DNA from: a virus
Taxonomy: Duplodnaviria > Caudoviricetes
DNA: 64,000 bases
Direction: 5' to 3' (one strand)
Virus record (IMG/VR): IMGVR_UViG_3300025018_000001
Shown here: one piece after another, positions 36,213 to 46,182 of the stretch
Layout: the number at the start of each line of letters is the position of its first letter
How positions within the stretch are numbered: the first letter of the stretch is position 1
Notes under the pieces: generated by a model
Databases searched by the model: none
Seen by the model: only the letters and a program-made list of their open reading frames with translations
Told to the model about the DNA's origin: nothing
Program-made: the position numbers and the translations under genes

Positions 36213-36518
36213 GTGGCCACTATGTGTGATACAAACAAAAAGGTTTCAATACTGGTATTGTATACAGTAAATGGTAAGACAAGAACAGATGATTTTTCTA
36301 TAACTGTGCCCTCAAGTCATCCAGAAGGCCAACTTCCATCGGCTTTTGCAATTAACAATATGATTTTTAATAATATGCGCACGGAGATGCAGGATATTAT
36401 TAGTGGTATACCTTCAACTTCATACATGACAAACAAAGGTGAAGAAATTCCATGTAGTATGGTGTTAACAGTGCCAAGATTTGAGGTAGAGGTGAAGGCA
36501 GTACAACTCATTAAGTAA
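36213..36518 (+). CDS. Hypothetical protein
   Basis: ORF. Confidence 0.5.
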   Translation: MATMCDTNKKVSILVLYTVNGKTRTDDFSITVPSSHPEGQLPSAFAINNMIFNNMRTEMQDIISGIPSTSYMTNKGEEIPCSMVLTVPRFEVEVKAVQLIK

Positions 36519-36549
36519 TTGATCTATCAATATTTTAAGGAGAATTACC

Positions 36550-36879
36550 ATGAAAAATACTACTGTGTTTGTTACACCAAAAATTGTACCTTTGGAAAAT
36601 CTTCCGGCCAATAACAATCCTTTTCATCATGACCAATTTAGAATGGGAACTGATGTATCAGGCGCTTGGACCGCTATGTATAGTGAATTTGCCGGGCTGA
36701 AGCAAGAGCACAACATGACAGATGAAGAGAAGTTACTTCAAAAATGTGGAAGCCTTATATTCAATGATGATCCAGACCATATCATAATGGTAAATCGTAA
36801 GACTGGTCAGCGTTTCATGATTGATTTTTCCCCCGAAAATATGGAGAACTTAGGTGAGACTGGAAAAAAGAACGCCTGA
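36550..36879 (+). CDS. Hypothetical protein
   Basis: TAAGGAG RBS. Confidence 0.55.
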   Translation: MKNTTVFVTPKIVPLENLPANNNPFHHDQFRMGTDVSGAWTAMYSEFAGLKQEHNMTDEEKLLQKCGSLIFNDDPDHIIMVNRKTGQRFMIDFSPENMENLGETGKKNA

Positions 36880-37052
36880 AGTAGGTGAACTATTAGTATG
36901 TAAACTAACTGCTGGTACATTGGACCCTATAATCCGAGGCAAAAAATACTGTGTAGATGATGTCGATTGTGATGAAAACGGTAACATCTCCTTACATGTT
37001 AAAGGTTCTTGGTACCATAGTAGCTGCTTTAACTTAAACTAAGGTAATCACT

Positions 37053-37310
37053 ATGAATGTGACTTTAAAATTATTAGGCGTGGCCAAATTTGTATTCGCT
37101 TTGGCATCTTTATTGGTGTTACTTATATCACTGATTGAAATGTTCAATCTTACCAAACGTATACGTGATAAAGTAGGTCAAGGCTTTATAGATGAAACAA
37201 ACGCCGAGATATCAAGAATATTTGGTGTGATACTGCCGTGTATACTGCTTTTATATTTAGTAACTGATGGCATAATTATACTTATTAAATTAGCAATTGG
37301 AGGTACTTAA
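37053..37310 (+). CDS. Membrane protein (2 TM)
   Basis: Hydrophobic helices. Confidence 0.5.
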   Translation: MNVTLKLLGVAKFVFALASLLVLLISLIEMFNLTKRIRDKVGQGFIDETNAEISRIFGVILPCILLLYLVTDGIIILIKLAIGGT

Positions 37311-37557
37311 AGCAATGTTTAGCACATTTATTAAGTGGTTATTTAACATAAGTGATCGTTCCTCTTGTTTTAATAATTGCCTGTTTTATAAGAAAAATGA
37401 ATGCCATATGTATGGTAAAGGCCATAGAGCAGCGCATCCATGTGATGAATACTATTGCCATAAACCATGCGTTTCCGAGGCTTTAAAAAAGATAGAGGAA
37501 GATGATTTATCTGAAGAAGTATAACCTATTAGAATTAAAGGAGTAATCAAGTAAGTT

Positions 37558-37899
37558 ATGTCGTCATACATCACATTTTTAGAGTTACTTGTTAAAGCAA
37601 ATGATATGGAGGCTGCCTATAAACGTATGTTAAAAGGTAAAGACCTTAAAAAATCAGGCGAACAAGTAAAAAAGTATATCAAACAATATGGGAGAATGCA
37701 TTACAATCCTATATATGAAAACAGTAGATATTATGAAAAAGGTGGCACTAAAGTACAATCTGTGGCATATTATATATTCCCGTTTGTTACTCAAGGGCCG
37801 TTAAGAAATATTGACAATCTTATAAGTTTGTACAAGTTTTTCTTTGTGCCTTCTAAGGTAGTCGTAACTACGGAGTATTCTTATGAGTCCGGTAAGTAA
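37558..37899 (+). CDS. Hypothetical protein
   Basis: ORF. Confidence 0.5.
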   Translation: MSSYITFLELLVKANDMEAAYKRMLKGKDLKKSGEQVKKYIKQYGRMHYNPIYENSRYYEKGGTKVQSVAYYIFPFVTQGPLRNIDNLISLYKFFFVPSKVVVTTEYSYESGK

Positions 37900-38149
37900 A
37901 CCTACAATACCACCTAGAAGTAAGTTCTCAAAGTACTCTGGGAGTAAATCCAGGGAAGTTGCAAAAAATAGTATCTTACTTGGTGCTGTCATTGTTGGCG
38001 TGATTGTAGTAATATTGGTAATAGGTACCATGCTTAAGAAAGCTAATTATTATATGTTCTATGAGAGTGAGGTAAAGCAAACGATTCAAGAACTCGTTAA
38101 ATCTTCCTCACTTAAGTAGTTCTAAAGCTATAAATGGGGAGGGTTTGTT

Positions 38150-38407
38150 ATGGAAGAGCAGAATGTGGTAAGTAAAAAGAAGGTAAGAGTTAAATTTACA
38201 TGTCGTGGTGTAATCTATGAGCATGATTGTAAAGCTTTTTTAAATCAGCATAATAAACTGCTCACAGGGGAACCATTGAAGCAGTTAAAACTTAACCTAT
38301 TCACGGCACTAATACGGGCTGGTTATGTCAGTAGAGAAGACATTAAAAAGAACGATAAAGATGTCTTTAATATGATCTCAAATGTCGAGGTTTCTGTGTT
38401 GGTTTAA
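38150..38407 (+). CDS. Hypothetical protein
   Basis: GGAGG RBS. Confidence 0.5.
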   Translation: MEEQNVVSKKKVRVKFTCRGVIYEHDCKAFLNQHNKLLTGEPLKQLKLNLFTALIRAGYVSREDIKKNDKDVFNMISNVEVSVLV

Positions 38408-38707
38408 GTGCCCTTTTAAGACCTATTTTTATAAAAAGGTATCAAGCTTAACATAACTATTTGTTATCAAATCTAGGTACCTTTTTACTCTTTCTACTAA
38501 TAATCTAATAGGCGCTTAAAGAATCTTAAATTAGCAAAAACTACCCATTAATTGCAATAAATTAAATTTGCAATGTATTTTTAGAAGTATGATAGTATAA
38601 AAAAATAGTAAAATTGTACTCTCATGTATCTATGACACTAATTACACTATTTATTACAGTAGTGTAACGCCGTGTTACACAGTGTAACAATTAAAAAAGA
38701 GAAGCTT

Positions 38708-39298
38708 ATGTTTAAAAAACTTTTAATAGCTATACCTATACTACTCACAGTTTTTTTATGTGGTGTAGCATTAGCAACTGTAAGAACAGTGCAAGTTGAA
38801 TTTGCATTCACTAAACCTCAAGAACCTCCACCAGCACCACAGTTGCTGGGCTATAAACTTTACAGAGAAGGTGAATTTGTTTGCTCGTCTTATAAAACAA
38901 CCGTCTTTGTCATGGACTGCAGAGTTGACGTAACAAAACCTAATACATTATTCACCATGTCGGCTTACTATTCAGACGGTACTGAAGGGCCTCAATCACC
39001 TACTTATAATTTTGAATATTCAGAAGTAGTAACACCATCTAAATTCTTTATGATTAAAGATATAGAAAATTCTGATAAAAAGTTGGTAACTTTAACATTG
39101 ACCGCTCCAGTAAATGCAAATGTTGTTGGATATAATGTATATGCAAATAACTTATTAGTATGCGAGGATAGAGATGTTAAAGACTTAACAATAAATTGTG
39201 TAATGAATATCTCTGGTACAACAACATTCGCATTAACTGAAGTATTTGCTGATAATACTGAGAGTTCTTTTTCTAACCCTATTACTTATGCTCCGTAG
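38708..39298 (+). CDS. Secreted protein with two FnIII-like repeats
   Basis: Signal peptide; two repeats GY..Y......VC......CV......F..T....D.TES..S. Confidence 0.65.
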   Translation: MFKKLLIAIPILLTVFLCGVALATVRTVQVEFAFTKPQEPPPAPQLLGYKLYREGEFVCSSYKTTVFVMDCRVDVTKPNTLFTMSAYYSDGTEGPQSPTYNFEYSEVVTPSKFFMIKDIENSDKKLVTLTLTAPVNANVVGYNVYANNLLVCEDRDVKDLTINCVMNISGTTTFALTEVFADNTESSFSNPITYAP

Positions 39299-39311
39299 TT
39301 GGTTTGGGGAG

Positions 39312-39330
39312 TAGTGGTACTGGCGTTTTG
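39312..39330 (+). promoter_or_regulatory. TAGTGGTAC-N9-G box
   Basis: GGGGAG-TAGTGGTAC-TGGCGTTTT-G. Confidence 0.65.
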
Positions 39331-39368
39331 GGGTAGTTCGCATCATTAATCTTTAATTGGAGATACAC

Positions 39369-39872
39369 ATGAATTTCTTATCACCTGCAAGTTTACTTTC
39401 TTTTCTTATTATTTGTTTACTAATGGTCTTAGTATTCAAATTTATCAAACATAAAACAAAACCTGCAGTAAAAGTCTTAAAACGGCCTAAAGACTGGCCA
39501 CCGCCACCTTCACCAAGAGGTGCCACAACTAGTAGGTCACGTAGTACTATCATAAATAAGTCGAATACACCGAAAAGTTCTAATTTGCGTAGACGAGTTA
39601 GAAATAATGATGAGGGTGATGAAGGGCTGGATATCGTTGAAATGGCCTTGGCTGCAGAACTTATTAGTGAACTTCTGGAAGATACACCACAACAGGCTGA
39701 GTTCTATAGAGGAGGTGAATTTGGTGGGGCAGGTGCATCGGGGTCGTACAATGATGAGCCAGTTAAAACCACCGAATCCTACTCAAGTCCAAGCTACTCA
39801 AGTGGTAGTTGGGGTGGGGGATCTGATAGTTGTAGCGATAGCAGTAATTGTAGTGGCGGAAGCGACGATTAA
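39369..39872 (+). CDS. Membrane-anchored protein with Gly/Ser-rich tail
   Basis: N-terminal TM; GGEFGGAGASGSY...GGSDD. Confidence 0.6.
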   Translation: MNFLSPASLLSFLIICLLMVLVFKFIKHKTKPAVKVLKRPKDWPPPPSPRGATTSRSRSTIINKSNTPKSSNLRRRVRNNDEGDEGLDIVEMALAAELISELLEDTPQQAEFYRGGEFGGAGASGSYNDEPVKTTESYSSPSYSSGSWGGGSDSCSDSSNCSGGSDD

Positions 39873-39929
39873 ATAAACCTAAATGTTTGGAGTCCATTGT
39901 AGGCTCCAACATTTTAAAAGGAAATTACT

Positions 39930-40202
39930 ATGCACGCATATTACACACCAAAAAGACAAGATGTTGAGGCAAGACTTCTTACCGAAGATAACATTAATGA
40001 ACTTGAAAAATGGACTGAGGGTAGTATTAAAGGTACTAAACTGCCTATCAAAGACAGAGTCCTTGATATATGGGATACTTTCACCGATAGTGAACTTCGT
40101 GTTAATATGGGCGAGGTAATTGTATATTGTGCTGGCACAAAAAGATGGGAAGTTTACACCTTAGACCAGTTTAATATGTTATTTGAAGAATTGATAGGTT
40201 AA
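39930..40202 (+). CDS. Hypothetical phage protein
   Basis: ORF with AAGGA RBS. Confidence 0.55.
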   Translation: MHAYYTPKRQDVEARLLTEDNINELEKWTEGSIKGTKLPIKDRVLDIWDTFTDSELRVNMGEVIVYCAGTKRWEVYTLDQFNMLFEELIG

Positions 40203-40325
40203 ACAAACGAATACTGAGGTAGTAATATGGAGTCACACAGTAACCTATGCAACAACAAAAGGTGAACATTGCTGCAAGTGGGGTGGTTGCAACGGCACAA
40301 TAATTATTTAATTTTGGAGTGGCTT

Positions 40326-40649
40326 ATGTCTATTAGGAGTATTTTAATAACAATAAACCGTGATATGATACCTAAAGAAGTATTTGAAAAAGAACCAAAA
40401 CTTCTATGCATACCTTATCAAGCGGTTGTAATACTTGGTACCGGTGATTCTTTTTCAGACGGTTTAAAAAAGTTCTTATACTCTTTCTACCAATCATCTA
40501 ATTGGTATAACAAAGAGATTGCGGCCAAGACATTATGTTACTTTGAGTCAATTCCTTATGAAGGTACTTGGTCAGCAACCATAGAAAAGTATAGGCAAAA
40601 AGTAAAGATAACAGGTATTTTTAAACAAATAAACTATGTTGCTTTTTGA
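40326..40649 (+). CDS. Hypothetical protein
   Basis: GGAG RBS. Confidence 0.5.
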   Translation: MSIRSILITINRDMIPKEVFEKEPKLLCIPYQAVVILGTGDSFSDGLKKFLYSFYQSSNWYNKEIAAKTLCYFESIPYEGTWSATIEKYRQKVKITGIFKQINYVAF

Positions 40650-40893
40650 GGAGATTATTATGCATTGTGGAATATGTAGTGAAGAAAATCCGTGTCCAGA
40701 TTGCTTGGTTGAGGAAGTGAGGTATGCTGTAGAACGACACGATATCACCTCTGATAGAACTTACCATACTCAGGGAGGTGGTACAGTAAGATGGGATGGG
40801 AATCAGTACGTCTTCGTCGAAGTACCAGAGTGGGGAGATTTTAAAGTCGGTGATCCGTTACCTGACCAATGGTCTATAGCTTGAGGTGTAAAC

Positions 40894-41175
40894 ATGAAAA
40901 AAGTAACTGTTGCTGAATCTACTAAGATAACTTGCCCTTTCATACAAAAACACGGCGAGGCAATTCAGTGCATTAACGAAAAATGTTTTGCTTGGGAAGT
41001 GGTTGATGAACGTATAGAGAGGGAAGACCACTCTGGTGCAAGAGAAATGATGTATAAGATAAGACTGGAGAGAAAACAGGAAATAACAAGAAAGGGTCCG
41101 CCTGGTTCTTGTGGATATTTAATCTTAGAGGAACGTGGCACATGTGTTAGACTATTCCCTACATCTGGGGCATAG
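40894..41175 (+). CDS. Cys-containing hypothetical protein
   Basis: GAGG RBS. Confidence 0.5.
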   Translation: MKKVTVAESTKITCPFIQKHGEAIQCINEKCFAWEVVDERIEREDHSGAREMMYKIRLERKQEITRKGPPGSCGYLILEERGTCVRLFPTSGA

Positions 41176-41191
41176 TGGTACTGGTGTTTCG
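41173..41191 (+). promoter_or_regulatory. TAGTGGTAC-N9-G box
   Basis: GGGGCA-TAGTGGTAC-TGGTGTTTC-G. Confidence 0.65.
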
Positions 41192-41224
41192 GGTCCTTTG
41201 ATAAGTTTTTATAAGGAATAATAA

Positions 41225-41464
41225 ATGCAAAGTGCTTCAATAAAATTAGAATACCATAAATATAGACAGAATGTACAGTCTTTATTGCATAGGTATAGAG
41301 GGTTACGAGAGGAGGATCTAAATGAATTAAATCCAGCGTTCTCTTGTGTTTTATGTGGTTACTACACATGTAAACACCACAATCAACCTAAAAAAGGATG
41401 CTTTAGTCAGCGACCTATAGTAGAAAATGAATGGGCAGAATTCTATCTCTTTAATAATGGGTGA
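41225..41464 (+). CDS. Small zinc-binding protein
   Basis: CVLC...C.HH.....GC. Confidence 0.5.
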   Translation: MQSASIKLEYHKYRQNVQSLLHRYRGLREEDLNELNPAFSCVLCGYYTCKHHNQPKKGCFSQRPIVENEWAEFYLFNNG

Positions 41465-41844
41465 ATGTTATGGAAAAAAGTGACAATTTATTTATTACTG
41501 GTTTTCAATCTCTGCAAGAGTGTAGACAGTCTATAGTAACATTAGCAAAGAATATAGAGGGTGATATATCCTCTACTATTGTAAATGCTGCTCGTATTGC
41601 CAGTATGCGTTCATTGCTTGAATTATTTGAGAAGTATAATGATATGCTGGTTGCAATGAAAACTGGTGTAAATACACCGCAAGAAGTAGAAAAGCTTAAT
41701 CATATGGCATATGAACATGTCATGAATGTAGAGGAACCTGCTTATCCAGAAAATACTATCTACATTGAGAAGTACAATTTCTGGAGAGGTATAGCAGGTG
41801 AAAAGCATTTTGACCCTTATTTTGATGCAGAAGGAAGAAATTAA
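41461..41844 (+). CDS. Hypothetical protein
   Basis: ORF. Confidence 0.5.
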   Translation: MNVMEKSDNLFITGFQSLQECRQSIVTLAKNIEGDISSTIVNAARIASMRSLLELFEKYNDMLVAMKTGVNTPQEVEKLNHMAYEHVMNVEEPAYPENTIYIEKYNFWRGIAGEKHFDPYFDAEGRN

Positions 41845-41982
41845 TGAAGAAAGATAGTAACTATGGCTGGTTTAATACAACAATTCAGCTTATAATTGTA
41901 GCTGTGGTAACGGTTGGAATAATTGGTCTATCGTTAATACGTTATACATAATATACAAATCTTTATTTAGGAGAAGTTAATC

Positions 41983-42426
41983 ATGTCTAATAGATACGTA
42001 CCAGAAACGGGTTTTGAAGTTGACACTGACCTTGTATATAACCTCAAACAAAGTACAAATAGGAATGGTATAATTAGCTATAGAGATGGTAAACCTCAAA
42101 TGGGTAATGATATTTCAATTCGTCTATTAAAAGCACACGATTCCAAGATGTCAACGGAAGAGTTGCACGATTTCGCAAAGTACATTGCCAAATGTGCCAA
42201 TGACTACCTGTTTATTGAGTTTAACGCAAGCTTTGACAAAGCCGCCGATGAAAATTTGGTTGGGCGTACCGTTATGGCTGCTGAAGGTATGTATAGTCAG
42301 CGTGTTGGTATTATTGAGCATCAATTTCCAGCAGGAGAACTTGATACAGAAATTATTTACAATGTTCGTTTTTCTACCCAACATATGGGACAATATAAAA
42401 TTGACCAGTTTGATATTCTAGACTAA
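41983..42426 (+). CDS. Hypothetical protein
   Basis: AGGAG RBS. Confidence 0.55.
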   Translation: MSNRYVPETGFEVDTDLVYNLKQSTNRNGIISYRDGKPQMGNDISIRLLKAHDSKMSTEELHDFAKYIAKCANDYLFIEFNASFDKAADENLVGRTVMAAEGMYSQRVGIIEHQFPAGELDTEIIYNVRFSTQHMGQYKIDQFDILD

Positions 42427-42437
42427 AGGAGTCTATC

Positions 42438-42764
42438 ATGCAAGATGCATCATCAGCTGTCTTTATTCCTCAGCAAAAGATAACTACGCGTTTCTGGTTA
42501 ACAAACCCATCTACCTTTCCAAAAGTTCTTGATGATTTGAAAGAGTTCGGACCGTCTATCATACCATATAAAGGTACTGTTGACCCATATAGACATTATG
42601 ATGGAAGAATTCTTTTTGTATTCAAAGGCACCGAGCTTGAAAAATTTCATAAAGCCCTTGCTATAGCTCAGAAACACTCTGCCCTTACAGAATTGCTTGT
42701 AAGCGATGAATGGATGCAAATCAAATTACCAGTAAGAACTGTGCAAACCAAAACTGTTTGGTAA
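42438..42764 (+). CDS. Hypothetical protein
   Basis: AAGGAG RBS. Confidence 0.55.
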   Translation: MQDASSAVFIPQQKITTRFWLTNPSTFPKVLDDLKEFGPSIIPYKGTVDPYRHYDGRILFVFKGTELEKFHKALAIAQKHSALTELLVSDEWMQIKLPVRTVQTKTVW

Positions 42765-42797
42765 TTATATTATATTATATTATATAAGGAGACAGTT

Positions 42798-43199
42798 ATG
42801 ATGGGTGTAAAGGTAGGATATCAAATGTGTAAAGCATGTAGAAGAAAAGCTTATAGAAGTTATAAGGCTTGGACTGATTTTTCAGAAGCCTTGGCAACTA
42901 AAGGGGACACTTTAAAACCACCATACATAGGCTGTCCGGGACCTATAGTGGATGATTATCATGCTAAAATGGTACGTCAGGTAGAAGACTATGTAAGGGT
43001 TAATATACCAGAAGCATTTGGTGTAAAATTGTCTTACCCCGAAAAGAAATTATATGAACTTGGTGAAGATGTACCTGTATGGTGTCCATATAAAGACACT
43101 GGATGGAAGCCAGAAGATGATATGAAAATGATTTGGCTTAATGGTGAACATGTACAAGATTTTGCACAAAGAGGAAAAACATACGAGTTTACTGAGTAA
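42798..43199 (+). CDS. Hypothetical protein
   Basis: TAAGGAG RBS. Confidence 0.55.
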   Translation: MMGVKVGYQMCKACRRKAYRSYKAWTDFSEALATKGDTLKPPYIGCPGPIVDDYHAKMVRQVEDYVRVNIPEAFGVKLSYPEKKLYELGEDVPVWCPYKDTGWKPEDDMKMIWLNGEHVQDFAQRGKTYEFTE

Positions 43200-43227
43200 G
43201 TTGACTAAATATCGCTGAGGTTATTCG

Positions 43228-43845
43228 ATGGAAGAATTAGAGCTACGTGTTAAAGATCTACAAGATCTTATGGCTAGTACAGATGATTTTTGTACTAAAG
43301 TATGTAAACTCTGCAAAGGTTCAGATGTACCATGTAAAGAAAGACTATTAGTTGCTTTAATAGATAAAGATGCTAAAATAGCAGGACTATCTTCATCTTA
43401 TCGCAAAGTAAAAATGGAATTGGAGGAATTAAAACGTACCAATGCAGCTAAATATGTACCTAAAAAGAAAAAGGGTCCTTATAATAAACTCAAAAAGTTC
43501 AATATAGCTGAAGTACTACCAAAAATAGGAGGGCATAAAAAATTTATAGTGACTCCTGAGGTGAGCGTCAACACATACAGTGTACGATTACGTACATTTA
43601 AACGGAGTACTATATGTGTTAGATGTGGTCTAAAAGGTACACACTTTTGGGCAGAAAGTAATCACAATATGAATAATTATCATCTAAATCTCTACGCAAC
43701 AAATGAACACGGCCATGAGGTGCTGATGACTAAAGATCATATTATACCTAAGTCTAAAGGTGGGGCGGACACATTGGCTAACATGCAGACAATGTGTACT
43801 AAATGTAACTTAAAGAAAGGCAACCAATTGGATGGCACCTGGTGA
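43228..43845 (+). CDS. HNH endonuclease
   Basis: CVRC...TKDHIIPKSKGG.DTL.NMQTMC.KCN.KKGN. Confidence 0.88.
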   Translation: MEELELRVKDLQDLMASTDDFCTKVCKLCKGSDVPCKERLLVALIDKDAKIAGLSSSYRKVKMELEELKRTNAAKYVPKKKKGPYNKLKKFNIAEVLPKIGGHKKFIVTPEVSVNTYSVRLRTFKRSTICVRCGLKGTHFWAESNHNMNNYHLNLYATNEHGHEVLMTKDHIIPKSKGGADTLANMQTMCTKCNLKKGNQLDGTW

Positions 43846-44360
43846 ATAAAATAGCAAAAGCATTGGTCCAAGTCGATGAGCATGATTCCGAAATACTTAT
43901 ACGTCCATGTTTTCCAGTAAATATTAGGCTGATGAAAACAAACGTAGGGTATTTTAATGTAGTTGAACAAGCAATTAATCATATGAAAGGAGTAATTCAA
44001 ACTAAATTTTCCGACTACGCCGCTCTGCAAGGCATATCAGGCGCTAATGTGGGAATACCTTTCAATATTATCATTATATATTATGATGGTAAGCTATTGA
44101 CAATGTTAAATCCAGTGGTAATAAGTAAGTCAAAAGAAACAAAGACTGCTTTTTCAAATTGTGGGTCTATAAACTTGAAAGAGTCCATAAAAGTAACTAG
44201 ACATGCTTCAGTTACTGTACGTTATGTACCGTTTACGGATGCAAGTTGTCTGGAGTACGAGGAAAAAGTATTTAAGTCAGGCACTGTTCAACATGAAATT
44301 GAACATAATTTAGGTATTCTAATAACAACCAAAAAGGAAAACAAAAATGAATCCGTTTAG
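43842..44360 (+). CDS. def: Peptide deformylase-like protein
   Basis: GISGANVG (motif 1), degenerate SNCGS (EGCLS), QHEIEHNLG (HExxH). Confidence 0.7.
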   Translation: MNKIAKALVQVDEHDSEILIRPCFPVNIRLMKTNVGYFNVVEQAINHMKGVIQTKFSDYAALQGISGANVGIPFNIIIIYYDGKLLTMLNPVVISKSKETKTAFSNCGSINLKESIKVTRHASVTVRYVPFTDASCLEYEEKVFKSGTVQHEIEHNLGILITTKKENKNESV

Positions 44361-44547
44361 AGTAGACGATCGTGTAAGAGTAGCAGGTGATGCAGAAGAC
44401 TGTTGCGCTGCAGAAGATGCTGGGCAGGTAGGTATTGTAGTTAAAGTAAAAAACCCTGAGCATATTATTGTAAAATCTCAGGCAGGTGAATGGGCGCACT
44501 GTAGTCAGTGCATTGAACATTTTGATGAACAAAAATAAGGTAATCTA

Positions 44548-45558
44548 ATGATTCGCTTATACTCTGGTAAATTTAATTTATTAATTGACGGGCAGTTTGG
44601 TAGCACTGGTAAAGGTTTACTCGCAAACTTTATTGGTGTATTTAACCATGTCGATATTGCCGTAAGTAATGCCAGCTCTAATGCGGGTCATACCTTTTAT
44701 GACGCTGATGGGAAGAAAATTATTGTGAAACATCTACCTGTCAGCGGCATAGTAAACAAACGCAGCTTAATTTATTTATGTGCTGGGTCTATAATTGATC
44801 TCGAAATTCTATTAAAAGAAATAGAGGAAAACAATATCGACCATGCCAGAATAGCTATACACCCACGAGCTGCAGTGATTTCCAAGAAGGACATTGAAGA
44901 AGAGAAGTTAAACAACAATGGTGTAAAGAAAATTGCATCCACAATGAGTGGGGTAGGTAGTGCATTAGTTAACAAAATAAATAGAGCCGCTAAGCTTGCT
45001 AAAGATATACCAGAACTTAGTAGATATATTTCAGAAGTTGACCTGCATTATTATATGCAACAAGGATGTACGGTACTAATGGAGGTACCTCAAGGTCTTG
45101 ACTTATCATTAAATCATGGCTTAGCTTATCCATACTGTACAAGTCGTGATATTACAATAGCAGCTGCTATGAATGACGCCGGTGTCCACCCTAAATGGTT
45201 AGGAAAGGTTGCTGTATCAATACGGACCTTTCCAATAAGGGTTGGTAATGTAGTCGAGAATGGTATTGAAGTTGGTTACTCAGGTCCATTTTATCCAGAT
45301 AGTGTTGAAACATCTTGGGAAAAATTAGGCTTACCAAAAGAATTTACCACTCGTACTAATCGTGTCAGAAGAGTTGCTACATTCTCACATATTCAGTATA
45401 AAAGAATGTTAGATTTACTATCGCCTGATTATGTATTCCTTAATTTCTGTAATTATTTAACAAGAAAAAAGATTGATGATATGTTAAAAATATTACCAGA
45501 GGTTACACATGTAGGTTTTGGTCCTACTATTAATGATATTCTACCTGTTAACAGGTAA
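44548..45558 (+). CDS. purZ: PurZ-like (2-aminoadenine pathway) adenylosuccinate-synthetase homologue
   Basis: GQFGSTGKG (Ser where PurA has the catalytic Asp of GDEGKG), NAGHT, YPYCTSRD, PIRVG, RRV..FS, FLNFCNY, GFGPT.ND; short 336-aa PurZ-type length. Confidence 0.8.
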   Translation: MIRLYSGKFNLLIDGQFGSTGKGLLANFIGVFNHVDIAVSNASSNAGHTFYDADGKKIIVKHLPVSGIVNKRSLIYLCAGSIIDLEILLKEIEENNIDHARIAIHPRAAVISKKDIEEEKLNNNGVKKIASTMSGVGSALVNKINRAAKLAKDIPELSRYISEVDLHYYMQQGCTVLMEVPQGLDLSLNHGLAYPYCTSRDITIAAAMNDAGVHPKWLGKVAVSIRTFPIRVGNVVENGIEVGYSGPFYPDSVETSWEKLGLPKEFTTRTNRVRRVATFSHIQYKRMLDLLSPDYVFLNFCNYLTRKKIDDMLKILPEVTHVGFGPTINDILPVNR

Positions 45559-45567
45559 GGAGGATGA

Positions 45568-45978
45568 ATGAAAAGTCTTAGAACATTTTTTGCTATGTTA
45601 TCTGTTGCTTATTTTACAATTTATTGGATGCTAATTATCTTTATACCCTACTTGTCTATTAAAAGTACCGGTAATGTAGCAATGGATATGGCGCCAGCTA
45701 CTATCTTTATCTTTATGCACCCAGCAATGGTAGGAGGTATGTTAGTTATACTTGCTATATCTATGTTAATGTTAGGTAAAAGCTGTGCAGTTGATGATGT
45801 AGCTACAGCAGAACAACGTGCTTTGGCCCGAATAGACGACAGGGCACAAGAACTTGTTACTATGGTCAAGCTCGGTAGGTCTATATTGAAAGATGATACC
45901 GATGCGATAGTTAAGAAATTTATTGACCGCATCAAGGCCGAAGAAAGTTTCCATGAATCAGGACAACTTAAGAGGTAA
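45568..45978 (+). CDS. Membrane protein
   Basis: Two TM then coiled coil. Confidence 0.55.
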   Translation: MKSLRTFFAMLSVAYFTIYWMLIIFIPYLSIKSTGNVAMDMAPATIFIFMHPAMVGGMLVILAISMLMLGKSCAVDDVATAEQRALARIDDRAQELVTMVKLGRSILKDDTDAIVKKFIDRIKAEESFHESGQLKR

Positions 45979-46182
45979 TTATGGGCGGCTGGCAAATAAC
46001 CCTAACGGTTTGGATACTTATACAAACTGTAGTAAAGATGTGGATGATACCACCACTGTATAAACAATTAGCCATACCAAACGGTGGAAGAAATGGCGCT
46101 ATGGTAGGCACTTTTCTTTGGGGTGCTACAACTATATTTATACTTTATATGGCTGGTTTTTACAGTTAATTGGAGAAATACA

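Noticed and set aside
43228-43845. HNH as part of an intron or intein in neighbouring genes
   Set aside because: The flanking genes are separate complete ORFs; it appears free-standing.
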